Source of the DNA: a virus
Lineage: Duplodnaviria; Caudoviricetes
Virus record (IMG/VR): IMGVR_UViG_3300016476_001277
Location: 1-32,193 of that record
DNA: 32,193 nucleotides
Strand: one strand, 5' to 3'
This document shows positions 1-8,493 of the stretch, in pieces (position 1 is the stretch's first letter; every line of letters starts with the position of its first letter). A program made the translations under genes and the position numbers. The notes under the pieces were generated by a model. It made no database searches and was not told the origin of the DNA. It worked only from the letters and a program-made list of their open reading frames with translations.

Positions 1-1
1 T

Positions 2-184
2 ATGAAATATTTTAAAGTATTCGTATTGTGGTTAGCATTTATTGTATTAATCACAAGCTTCGGCGAGTATGTTATTAGTAGAGAAGTTAACGGGTTCATT
101 CAGCTATTATGTTTTGTCGGCGTGATTGGACTTGGTATTTTTATAGTAGACAAAACAATAAACTTAATTTCAAAATCAAAATGA
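2..184 (+). CDS. small two-TM membrane protein, coupled to the SPFH gene
   Basis: 60-aa ORF with two hydrophobic stretches; its stop overlaps the SPFH ATG (ATGA at 181-184). Confidence 0.6.
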   Translation: MKYFKVFVLWLAFIVLITSFGEYVISREVNGFIQLLCFVGVIGLGIFIVDKTINLISKSK

Positions 185-1128
185 TTAGTATCACAATTTT
201 TGCAGTATTTTTAGTAGTTGCAATTTTTATTGCAGTCTCTACACGAGACAAAATGTCGACAGTCAGTAAAGACCGTTGGGGCGACGATCGTCGAACTTTT
301 AACATTGGATGGGCACTCAAGCCAATCTCAGTATTTATTTTAGGTGTAGTTATTGCATCAGTTCAGCCATTTTCAATTGAGAAAATTGATGCGGGACATA
401 AAGGATTGAAAATTAATTTAGTTGGAGCACAACGAGGCGTTTCTAGTTACCAATATAAAACCGGTTGGGTATTATACAACACATGGACTGAACAAGTACT
501 TGAATTTCCGACATATCAGCAACATATTGAATATGAAGATCAAGGTGTTATCTTAAAAGGTGGATTCTCCGCGACAATTAAACCAACATTTAACTATTCT
601 TTACGAGATGATGCAATTGGTGATATGTTCGTAAATTTACGATTACCAATTAATGAAGTTGAAAAAGGCTGGTTAAAGAATGCTATTATCGGTGCAGTTA
701 ATGACGTAGCAAATACATGGGAAGTCGACTCTATCTTTAATCATCGACAAGCATTTGAATCTGCTATCGTATTAGAATGTAATAATCGTCTATCTAAATG
801 GTTTAATGTATCACAGCTTCGTACCAATATTACACCACCAGAAGCATTACAAGAATCAATTATTGCTAAGACAAAAGCTATTCAACAAGCAGAAGCATCC
901 GAACAACAAGCTATCGCAGCAATTGCTGAAGGAAAGCGCAAAGTAGCAGTAGCAAGGGCTGACTCAGCTGAGACGGTAATTAATGCAAATGCAGCAGCAT
1001 TAGCAATTAAGATTAAGCAAGACCGTTTGAGTCCATTGTATATTGAATATCTTAAAGCACAAGCTTGGGATGGTAAGCTTCCAACCACAGTAGCTGGTAG
1101 TTCCGGTACCTTTTTGAATATTAAATAA
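181..1128 (+). CDS. SPFH/band-7/prohibitin family membrane protein
   Basis: Two N-terminal TM segments, IDAGHKGLKINL..G, a coiled-coil A/E/Q-rich region and a C-terminal WDGKLP motif typical of phage SPFH proteins. Start moved from 109 to ATG 181, which overlaps the upstream stop. Confidence 0.9.
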   Translation: MISITIFAVFLVVAIFIAVSTRDKMSTVSKDRWGDDRRTFNIGWALKPISVFILGVVIASVQPFSIEKIDAGHKGLKINLVGAQRGVSSYQYKTGWVLYNTWTEQVLEFPTYQQHIEYEDQGVILKGGFSATIKPTFNYSLRDDAIGDMFVNLRLPINEVEKGWLKNAIIGAVNDVANTWEVDSIFNHRQAFESAIVLECNNRLSKWFNVSQLRTNITPPEALQESIIAKTKAIQQAEASEQQAIAAIAEGKRKVAVARADSAETVINANAAALAIKIKQDRLSPLYIEYLKAQAWDGKLPTTVAGSSGTFLNIK

Positions 1129-1143
1129 GCAAAATATATCATT

Positions 1144-1175
1144 AAAAGTGCTAGCAGAAATGTTAGCACTTTTTT
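1144..1175 (+). terminator. intrinsic terminator
   Basis: AAAAGTGCTAGCA-GAAA-TGTTAGCACTTTTTT: 13-bp stem (one G-U pair), GNRA loop and U-tract just after the SPFH stop. Confidence 0.85.
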
Positions 1176-1183
1176 ACTGTTCG

Positions 1184-1215
1184 GTTGTTTCCTAACATAA
1201 TTTTTCATATATTAT
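1184..1215 (+). promoter_or_regulatory. class A promoter (TTG-N20-TATATT)
   Basis: TTG at 1185-1187, 20-nt spacer, TATATTAT at 1208; the same spacing recurs at several other intergenic sites. Confidence 0.6.
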
Positions 1216-1218
1216 AGT

Positions 1219-1245
1219 ATGAAAAACGGAAACTATATTGTTTGA
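1219..1245 (+). pseudogene. orphaned original 5' end (MKNGNYIV*) of the PD-(D/E)XK nuclease gene
   Basis: ATG directly after a class A promoter encodes MKNGNYI, which parallels MQKQNNYI at the start of the nuclease on the far side of the HNH gene. Confidence 0.5.
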
Positions 1246-1257
1246 AATTAATTAACT

Positions 1258-1265
1258 ATATTTAT
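1258..1265 (+). promoter_or_regulatory. class B (putative late) motif ATATTTAT upstream of the HNH gene
   Basis: ATATTTAT followed by an A-rich leader, GGAG and ATG 1283. Confidence 0.5.
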
Positions 1266-1282
1266 TTAAAAATGGAGTTAAT

Positions 1283-1984
1283 ATGAATTATCAAAAAATA
1301 CATGATGAAATTATTTTTCGTGCAAAAAATAGAATTTTAACTGGTTATAAAGAACGGCATCATATTATACCTCGTTGTATTGGCGGAACTGACGAGCATG
1401 ACAATTTAGTTGATTTAACAGCGCGCGAACATTTTATTATACATAAGTTATTATGTGAAATATATCCAGATACTGATAAATTAATTTATGCAGTTTGGAT
1501 GATGAGTAATATTAGATATGATAATCGAACATACCGTATTGGTAGTAGAGAGTATGATCGCATACGTAAATTATTTAAAGATAAATTAAGTATTAAAATG
1601 GCTGGTGATAATAATCCATTTTACGGCAAAGAACATACGACTGAAGCTAAACAGAAAATGAGTATTGCACAAAAAAATAGAAAACCTATTTCTGAGGAAA
1701 CTCGAAAAAAAATGAGTATTGCACAAAAAAATAGAAAACGACTTCCGTTTACGGATGAAGCTAAACAAAAAATGAGTCTAGCTAAACAAGGATATGTTAT
1801 GTCAGAAGAAACTAAACAAAAATTACGTATCATATCAACAGGAAGGAAACTTTCTAATGAAACTCGAGAAAAAATGAAAAAGCCTAAAAAAATTATACAA
1901 TGTCCACATTGTTTAAAACATGGAGGCGAACCGCAAATGTATCAATGGCATTTTAATAACTGTAAACATGCAAAAACAAAATAA
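1283..1984 (+). CDS. HNH homing endonuclease with NUMOD3 DNA-binding repeats
   Basis: N-terminal ERHHIIPRCIGGTDEHDNLVDLTAREHFIIHKLL (HNH); GDNNPFYGKEHTTEAKQKMS and repeated SEETR/KxKMS (NUMOD3); C-terminal CPHC...WHFNNC zinc-finger-like end. Confidence 0.92.
   Translation: MNYQKIHDEIIFRAKNRILTGYKERHHIIPRCIGGTDEHDNLVDLTAREHFIIHKLLCEIYPDTDKLIYAVWMMSNIRYDNRTYRIGSREYDRIRKLFKDKLSIKMAGDNNPFYGKEHTTEAKQKMSIAQKNRKPISEETRKKMSIAQKNRKRLPFTDEAKQKMSLAKQGYVMSEETKQKLRIISTGRKLSNETREKMKKPKKIIQCPHCLKHGGEPQMYQWHFNNCKHAKTK
1655..1739 (+). repeat. 31-bp perfect direct repeat, 54-bp period, inside the NUMOD3 array
   Basis: AAAATGAGTATTGCACAAAAAAATAGAAAAC at 1655-1685 and 1709-1739 (KMSIAQKNRK twice). Confidence 0.9.
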
Positions 1985-2930
1985 TTACATAAATCCTATC
2001 TATAAGTTATCATTACGAGACGCAGATAGTGTACCACGTAGAATATCTTATTCACAATGGTCAATGTTTGAACGATGTCCATTATCTTGGAAGTTATCAT
2101 ACATTGATGGATTAGCACCATTTCAAGCATCAATCGATACTTGTTTTGGGACAGCATTTCACGAAACAATGCAATACTTCATCGAAGTTATGTATACAGA
2201 TTCAGTTAAACGAGCTGAGTCATTAGATCTTCGAGGCATCTTAACTAATAAATTGCGTGAAGAATATCAGAAAAATGTTACAGAAACAGGCCAGCATTTT
2301 TCAAATCCATTACAGTTAGCAGAATATCTCGAAGATGGTGTAGCAATTTTAGAGTGGTTCAAGAAACGACGTAAGCAATACTTTTCTACTAAGGATTATG
2401 AATTGATTGGTATTGAAGTAGAATTATGTACTCCAGCATCTCCATATAATCCGTCTGTTTATCTTTATGGGTTTATAGATTTAGTAATTCGACATATTCC
2501 GACAAATACAATTTATGTATATGATATTAAGACGAGTCGTAGCGGCTGGAATAAACATCAAAAGTCAGATCCAACAAAAGCAGCTCAATTGGTAATCTAT
2601 AAAAATAAATTCTCAGAACAATTTGGAATACCAAAAGAAAATATTGTAGTTGAATTTTTTATTGTGAAACGCAAAATGATTGAAGAGTCAATGTTTCCTC
2701 AAAAGAGAGTACAGTTATTTAGACCTAGCTCCGGTACGGTTACTCAGAAAAAGGTGCAACGACAAATTGATTCTTTTGTTGAACATTGCTTCGATGCGGA
2801 AGGAAATAAATTAGCTGATCAACATTATATGGCTATATCTGGTAAGGGTGATAAAAATTGCAAATATTGTCCATTTAAAACGGATTATGTAAATTGTCCA
2901 AAAGAAAATAGGATTCGTGAAGAAAAATAA
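1968..2930 (+). CDS. PD-(D/E)XK nuclease (Cas4/AddB/RecB-like exonuclease, probable Fe-S staple)
   Basis: SYSQ...CP, FGTAFHE, E...GFIDLV...DIKTS, QLxxY and C-terminal CKYCPF....C. Likely start is ATG 1968 (MQKQNNYINP), overlapping the HNH 3' end. Confidence 0.88.
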   Translation: MQKQNNYINPIYKLSLRDADSVPRRISYSQWSMFERCPLSWKLSYIDGLAPFQASIDTCFGTAFHETMQYFIEVMYTDSVKRAESLDLRGILTNKLREEYQKNVTETGQHFSNPLQLAEYLEDGVAILEWFKKRRKQYFSTKDYELIGIEVELCTPASPYNPSVYLYGFIDLVIRHIPTNTIYVYDIKTSRSGWNKHQKSDPTKAAQLVIYKNKFSEQFGIPKENIVVEFFIVKRKMIEESMFPQKRVQLFRPSSGTVTQKKVQRQIDSFVEHCFDAEGNKLADQHYMAISGKGDKNCKYCPFKTDYVNCPKENRIREEK

Positions 2931-2938
2931 TTATATTA
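2909..2938 (+). promoter_or_regulatory. class A promoter variant (TAG-N20-TATATT)
   Basis: TAGGA at 2909-2913, same 20-nt spacer, TATATTA at 2932, just before ATG 2943. Confidence 0.4.
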
Positions 2939-2942
2939 GAAT

Positions 2943-3161
2943 ATGATTCAGTATACACATAAACATACTTACATTTATGAGTTCGAATTGCAAAGACATA
3001 AGTCTCATAGTGTTGGTTGGCAAACGTGTGAATATACATTATTAACCAACATTACAGATCCTAATTGTAAACAGAATCGACAACTATTAGAATCAATGTT
3101 AAGATTAGTATATGGACATATGCCCAAAGGTGTTAAATTTTCATATGAAAAGGTAAAATGA
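2943..3161 (+). CDS. hypothetical protein
   Basis: 72-aa ORF filling the gap; stop overlaps the next start (ATGA). Confidence 0.65.
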   Translation: MIQYTHKHTYIYEFELQRHKSHSVGWQTCEYTLLTNITDPNCKQNRQLLESMLRLVYGHMPKGVKFSYEKVK

Positions 3162-3562
3162 TAAAAGTAGCAGTTATCGGAAATACAGGTTGGCAAAACA
3201 AACGAAAAGTTCAGCAAACGTTGCAAGAACTAAAACGCAAATTTTCAGATGAATTAGTAATCATTGGCGCCGGCGGCGTTGAAGGAGCTAATAGCATGGT
3301 TCGAAAGTATGCATTGGAATTTGGTATTGAATATAAAGAATTTAATCCATCATTTTCTGGATATAACTTGTATTCAGCAATGCCTGAATCATATTATGGA
3401 AAAACATATCATTTTTCACAATTACATCATCGAATGAAACTAATTGCAGAACATTGTGATTATATGATGATTATGACAAATGAAACAGCGCTAGATCCTG
3501 TGTTAAAAACAGCATATACAAATGTAAAAAAACAAAATAAACCGGTAGTTATACTAGGTTGA
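3158..3562 (+). CDS. SLOG-superfamily protein (YspA/DUF2493-like)
   Basis: KVAVIG, IIGAGGVEGANSMVRKYA, IAEHCDYM and terminal KQNKPVVI match the SLOG Rossmannoid pattern. Confidence 0.7.
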   Translation: MIKVAVIGNTGWQNKRKVQQTLQELKRKFSDELVIIGAGGVEGANSMVRKYALEFGIEYKEFNPSFSGYNLYSAMPESYYGKTYHFSQLHHRMKLIAEHCDYMMIMTNETALDPVLKTAYTNVKKQNKPVVILG

Positions 3563-3620
3563 TATTTATATAATGTAAAAGAGTTATAAACATAAGTTAT
3601 AAAGAAAAAAAAGGTTATAA
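3562..3620 (+). promoter_or_regulatory. class B motif ATATTTAT plus three GTTATAAA copies in the leader
   Basis: ATATTTAT at 3562-3569; GTTATAAA at 3583, 3596 and 3614. Confidence 0.55.
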
Positions 3621-5111
3621 ATGGAGTTACCAGCACTAAAGAAAATAGATCCAAACAAGCCAACTAAAAAGAAAATTTTATTGTTATCAGATGATTTCCG
3701 ACTGCCGTCAGGAATTGGGACAATAAGCAAAGAAATTATATTTAACACAGTTAAAGATTTCGATTGGGTTCAGTTAGGCGCAGCATTACAACATCCAGAT
3801 GCAGGAAAGGCATTTGACTTATCTAAAGAAATTGCACAAGAAACAGGTGTTGAAGATGCATCAGTCAAATTGATACCGTGGACCGGTTATGGTGACAGAA
3901 ATATCTTGTTTGCAATCATAAATCAAGAACAGCCAGATGCAATTTTGCATTTTACAGATCCTAGATATTGGACTTGGTTATATGCATTAGAACACGAAAT
4001 TAAAACAACATTCAATATTCCTATTACATATTATTCGATTTGGGATGATTTACCATATCCAATGTGGAACGCGCCTTTTTATGGGTCATGTGATATGATT
4101 ATGGGAATTAGTAAGCAATCTGATAATATTCACAGAGAAGTGCTTAAACAGAACGGATTTGGAGTTGTAGATTATGATGCCGGAGACTCTGTACCACAAG
4201 ATATTAAATGGAATCAAGTAATTACAGGTTTTGTGCCACACGGATTGAATCATAACGTATTCAAACCACTTACTTCATCTGATGAAACATATATTGCAAT
4301 GAAAAAGCGAATCAAACAAGACAATGGCGTTGATTTCGTAGTATTTTGGAATAATCGAAATATCAGAAGAAAACAACCAGGAGATGTTATATTAGCATTT
4401 AAAACATTTGTTGATTCATTGCCAGAAACACAACAATCTAAAGTAGCATTAGTTATGCATACACAAGCAGTTGATGAAAATGGAACGGATCTTCGAGCAG
4501 TTGCAAAGACATTGGCGCCATTGTGTAAAATACTTTTCTCAGAACAAAAGGTATCCGGACAAGAATTAAATGCTATGTATAATGTAGCAGATGTAGTAAT
4601 CAATATTGGATCAAATGAAGGTTGGGGACTTAGTTCAACTGAAGCAATTTTATCGGGAACTCCAATCATCAACAATGTTACCGGAGGATTGCAAGATCAG
4701 TGCGGATTTGAAGACGAAAATGGAGAGTGGATTAGATTCAATGGCGAGTTTTCAACTAATCATACCGGAAAGTTTAAAAAACATGGACTATGGGCTAAAC
4801 CGGTATTTCCAAGCAATAGATCATTACAAGGATCACCCGCAACGCCGTATATATTTGATGATCGAGTAAAATATGAAGATGTTGCGGAAGCAATAGCATA
4901 TTGGTACAATATGGTTGAGGAAAACAGAGCAGCATGCGGATTTGAGGGACGTCAATGGGCACTTAAAAATGGATTAACTGCAAAACAGATGGGTAGTAAA
5001 ATGATTGAAATGTTCAACTACTTATTCAGTGTTCACAAAGAACGTCGTCCAATGTATACAATTAACAAAGTAGAATCTCCTAAATACAAACAAACAGGGA
5101 TAGTAGCATAA
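3621..5111 (+). CDS. glycosyltransferase, GT-B fold (GT4-like)
   Basis: KILLLSDD..PSG, VPHG, NRNIRRKQPG and MYNVADV....SNEGWGLSSTEA...GTPII (E-x7-E motif). Confidence 0.92.
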   Translation: MELPALKKIDPNKPTKKKILLLSDDFRLPSGIGTISKEIIFNTVKDFDWVQLGAALQHPDAGKAFDLSKEIAQETGVEDASVKLIPWTGYGDRNILFAIINQEQPDAILHFTDPRYWTWLYALEHEIKTTFNIPITYYSIWDDLPYPMWNAPFYGSCDMIMGISKQSDNIHREVLKQNGFGVVDYDAGDSVPQDIKWNQVITGFVPHGLNHNVFKPLTSSDETYIAMKKRIKQDNGVDFVVFWNNRNIRRKQPGDVILAFKTFVDSLPETQQSKVALVMHTQAVDENGTDLRAVAKTLAPLCKILFSEQKVSGQELNAMYNVADVVINIGSNEGWGLSSTEAILSGTPIINNVTGGLQDQCGFEDENGEWIRFNGEFSTNHTGKFKKHGLWAKPVFPSNRSLQGSPATPYIFDDRVKYEDVAEAIAYWYNMVEENRAACGFEGRQWALKNGLTAKQMGSKMIEMFNYLFSVHKERRPMYTINKVESPKYKQTGIVA

Positions 5112-6376
5112 TGAGAAAAGTAGTTATAGCGTCGCCAGTTGCGACACAAAGTGGTTATGGTCATCACGCTCGTGAAATTATAACAAATATTATTGAACAA
5201 CGCAAATCAGAATGGGATGTAAAATTAGTTTCATTGCCATGGGGTCATACACCGATGACATATCCAATTTCTACCGATTTGCAACTTAGAATAATTCCAT
5301 TACCATTAACAGAACAACCAGATATATGGATACAGATTTCAGTTCCAAATGAATTGCACCCGGTAGGTAAATACAATATTGGAGTTACTGCAGGTACCGA
5401 AGGAGATGTATGCCCGGTCGAATGGATCGATAAAATTAATGCAATGCAATTAATAATCGTACCAAGTGAGTTTACCAAATCGGTTTTCGAAAACACAGCA
5501 AAAAATTCAAATAAAATTATTACAACAAAAATCGAAGTTGTACCAGAATACTTTGATGAAACTGTATATAACAATAAAACGGTAGTAGATAAAGTTGCAG
5601 GACTTGATCAAATTCCCGAGTCATTTGCATTTTTATCGGTAGGACATTGGCTTCAAGGACAATTAGGTGAAGATCGTAAAAATTTAAGCGGATTAGTACA
5701 CTGTTTTTATACAACATATAAAGATAAAAAAACAGCGCCTGCATTGATTTTAAAAACGTCTGGTGCAACCTATTCAATTGTTGATAGAATGGAGATTGAA
5801 TCAAAAATCAATCAGATTGCTGAATTATTTGCAGGACACAGATTGCCAAATGTATATGTAGTTCACGGAGAATTAACTGATACCGAAATGAATGCATTAT
5901 ACAATCACCCTAAAGTTAAGGCAATGATATCATTTACTAAAGCTGAAGGGTTTGGACGTCCGCTATTAGAATTTTCAACAACTGGCAAACCTATAATTGC
6001 ACCTCATTATTCAGGTCAAGCTGATTTCCTTAAAAAGGATTTTATTTGCGCAATTCCAGGAGCATTAACAGCTATACACCCTTCAGCTCAAAATCCATTC
6101 CTAATTGCTGAAGCAAAATGGTTTACCCCAGATTACGGATATGCTAGCAAAATGATGTTGGAAGTACAAAAGAATTATGATAAGTGGTTAACATTGGCAA
6201 AACGACAAAGATATTTTGCTAATTCTACATTTTCAAAGAGTAGCGTATCAGATATCTATAAGAACGTGTTATGCATTGTAGATGAAGCGGTAGCAAAGAT
6301 ACCAAAACCAGTAGAACTTAAGTTACCGAAGCTTAATAATTTAAATTTAACTCCATCACAAACGGTTGGAGAATAA
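5111..6376 (+). CDS. glycosyltransferase, GT-B fold (GT4-like)
   Basis: TQSGYG, DRKN and KAEGFGRPLLEFSTTGKPIIA (E-x7-E). Confidence 0.92.
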   Translation: MRKVVIASPVATQSGYGHHAREIITNIIEQRKSEWDVKLVSLPWGHTPMTYPISTDLQLRIIPLPLTEQPDIWIQISVPNELHPVGKYNIGVTAGTEGDVCPVEWIDKINAMQLIIVPSEFTKSVFENTAKNSNKIITTKIEVVPEYFDETVYNNKTVVDKVAGLDQIPESFAFLSVGHWLQGQLGEDRKNLSGLVHCFYTTYKDKKTAPALILKTSGATYSIVDRMEIESKINQIAELFAGHRLPNVYVVHGELTDTEMNALYNHPKVKAMISFTKAEGFGRPLLEFSTTGKPIIAPHYSGQADFLKKDFICAIPGALTAIHPSAQNPFLIAEAKWFTPDYGYASKMMLEVQKNYDKWLTLAKRQRYFANSTFSKSSVSDIYKNVLCIVDEAVAKIPKPVELKLPKLNNLNLTPSQTVGE

Positions 6377-6396
6377 TCAATAATACCTTATAATTA
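6365..6396 (+). promoter_or_regulatory. class A promoter (TTG-N20-TATAATTA)
   Basis: GGTTGGA with TTG at 6366-6368, 20-nt spacer, TATAATTA at 6389. Confidence 0.5.
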
Positions 6397-6399
6397 ATT

Positions 6400-7047
6400 A
6401 TGAAAATAAGTTATGCAGTAACAGTTTGCAATGAATTTATAGAGATTCAACGGCTGTTAACGTTTTTATTAGAGCATAAACGTCCCCAAGATGAAATTGT
6501 AATTCAAATGGATCTATCTTTAGATGATCTTAATAGTATGCCCGAAGATAAAAGATTAGTTTGGCAGTATATCATGAAACATAATGAACATGGCCATTGT
6601 CATGTTATATTTAATCCATTAAGAGGTAATTTCGCAGCGTTTAAAAACCATTTAACCGAACAATGTACAGGTGATTATATTTTTCAAATCGATGCCGATG
6701 AATACCCATCAGAGGATTTAATCCAATCACTACCTGAAATTCTAGAACTTAATCCTGAAATGGATATTTTCTTAGTACCACGAGTAAACACAGTTGAGGG
6801 TTTAACACCTGAACATATTCAAAAATGGGGTTGGAGAGTAAACGAAGAAGGTTGGGTTAATTGGCCTGATTTTCAATGGCGTATTTGGAGAAATGTTACT
6901 GAAATTAAATGGGTAAATAAAGTACATGAGCGGCTGGATGGGTTCAAAACATATACTATTCTACCAGATGTAGAATATTTTGCTTTATATCATCCAAAAA
7001 CAATAGAAAAACAAGAAAAACAAAACGAATATTATAATACACTTTAA
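6400..7047 (+). CDS. glycosyltransferase family 2
   Basis: KISYAVTVCNE, NFAAFKN, GDYIFQIDADE (DxD), WPDFQWRI and KVHE. Confidence 0.9.
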   Translation: MKISYAVTVCNEFIEIQRLLTFLLEHKRPQDEIVIQMDLSLDDLNSMPEDKRLVWQYIMKHNEHGHCHVIFNPLRGNFAAFKNHLTEQCTGDYIFQIDADEYPSEDLIQSLPEILELNPEMDIFLVPRVNTVEGLTPEHIQKWGWRVNEEGWVNWPDFQWRIWRNVTEIKWVNKVHERLDGFKTYTILPDVEYFALYHPKTIEKQEKQNEYYNTL

Positions 7048-7056
7048 AGGAAAAAT

Positions 7057-7917
7057 ATGATCACGATCGAAAAAAACAAATTGTATTTAGTAACTGGAGG
7101 CTCTGGATTTTTAGGTCATCCGCTTGTTAAATATATTTTAGAACAAGGAGGAAATGTACGAGTAATTTCACGAGATGAGGGCAAGTTAATAGATCTTAAA
7201 GAAAAATACGCGTCTGTCGACATCTATACTGGAGATATATCAGATTCATTCGAAGTTCGTCAAGCAATGACGGGAGTAACTGGCGTATTTCATTTAGCAG
7301 CTTCAAAACACGTAGGGTTAGCTGAAAAATTTGTTAGAGAAAATATCAAAACTAATGTTATCGGTTCACTGAATATTTTAGAGCATTCATTAAATCACGA
7401 AACGCTACAATTTGTATTATGTGTATCTACAGATAAAGCAGCACAAGTTGCTGGAGTTTATGGAGCAACTAAATTTTTAATGGAACGTGCAATTAAACAA
7501 TATGAAGAAATAAACCCATCTGTTAAATACCGTACGGTTCGATATGGAAATGTTTTATACTCAACTGGATCTGTATTATGCAAATGGAAAGATTTGATAT
7601 CACAAGGAAGTTCGGTAATTGTTACAGACCCAGCAGCAACGAGATTCTTTTGGAGTGTAGATGATGCAATACAGTTAATTATTGATTGTATGAATAATTC
7701 AGTTGATAGTACTCCATATTGTCCTATTATGAAATCAATGCGAATTGATGATTTATTGCAAGCAATGATACAAAAATATGCAAATGGTCAACATATAGAT
7801 GTAAAAGTAATAGGATTGCAACCGGGTGAAAATATGCATGAAAAAGTTTTAGAGGAAGGACCATATTCTAATGAAGTAGAACATTTCACAATCGATGAGA
7901 TACTTCCGATGATTTAA
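7057..7917 (+). CDS. UDP-GlcNAc 4,6-dehydratase-type SDR (Polysacc_synt_2; FnlA/PseB/CapD-like)
   Basis: TGGSGFLG, SRDE, HLAASKHV, STDKA, YGATK, RYGNV..STGSV, TRF and GLQPGENMHE. Confidence 0.9.
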   Translation: MITIEKNKLYLVTGGSGFLGHPLVKYILEQGGNVRVISRDEGKLIDLKEKYASVDIYTGDISDSFEVRQAMTGVTGVFHLAASKHVGLAEKFVRENIKTNVIGSLNILEHSLNHETLQFVLCVSTDKAAQVAGVYGATKFLMERAIKQYEEINPSVKYRTVRYGNVLYSTGSVLCKWKDLISQGSSVIVTDPAATRFFWSVDDAIQLIIDCMNNSVDSTPYCPIMKSMRIDDLLQAMIQKYANGQHIDVKVIGLQPGENMHEKVLEEGPYSNEVEHFTIDEILPMI

Positions 7918-7920
7918 TTT

Positions 7921-8493
7921 ATGTATTTTACTGATTTTATACGGACTGAAATAGTAGAGTTTTTACAAGAAGAATATCCAATTTATTTTTATTGGGACAG
8001 ACATATTATTCCAGACCATCCATATATCGTATACCAAACAGAAGATTTAGAATTACCTGATAAACTAAATTCAGAATATTTGCGATTACTAAATAACGCA
8101 GTAAAGGTATATGATTATTCAGAACTAAATTATCAGTATCCTAGCGAGTTCAAACCATATCTTCCTAAGTTAGATTCAGCTAGATCTAACAAACCAAAGG
8201 AAATAGATATTTTGCTTTACGGACTAATGACTCCTAGACGCCAAACGATTATCAATTCATTAGGTTTAAATGTTACATATATTCAAAACTTAACATATGA
8301 AGAAATGAAAACTTTAATACCTAAGTCAAATTGGGTATTATCAGTTGGGTCTGCGTCAAACATACATAATGACTTATTACGTGTTACTCCTATATTAAAC
8401 TTAGGAGGCAATGTAATGTTAGAAACCACACAAGAAACGTGGTACGATAATTTTTTAAGAGAACATTTTATAGACAGAATCTATTTTATATGA
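7921..8493 (+). CDS. putative glycosyltransferase-like protein
   Basis: YQTE, VYDYSELN and KEIDILLYGLMTPRR resemble short viral GT-B-like proteins; lies inside the glycan cluster. Confidence 0.5.
   Translation: MYFTDFIRTEIVEFLQEEYPIYFYWDRHIIPDHPYIVYQTEDLELPDKLNSEYLRLLNNAVKVYDYSELNYQYPSEFKPYLPKLDSARSNKPKEIDILLYGLMTPRRQTIINSLGLNVTYIQNLTYEEMKTLIPKSNWVLSVGSASNIHNDLLRVTPILNLGGNVMLETTQETWYDNFLREHFIDRIYFI

Noticed and set aside
1240-1990. Group I intron carrying the HNH gene
   Set aside because: Only about 40 nt of AT-rich non-coding sequence precedes the HNH and none follows it; no P/Q/R/S core elements were seen.
1968-2930. CRISPR-associated Cas4
   Set aside because: No cas1/cas2 and no repeat-spacer array in the window; stand-alone Cas4-like exonucleases are common in phages.
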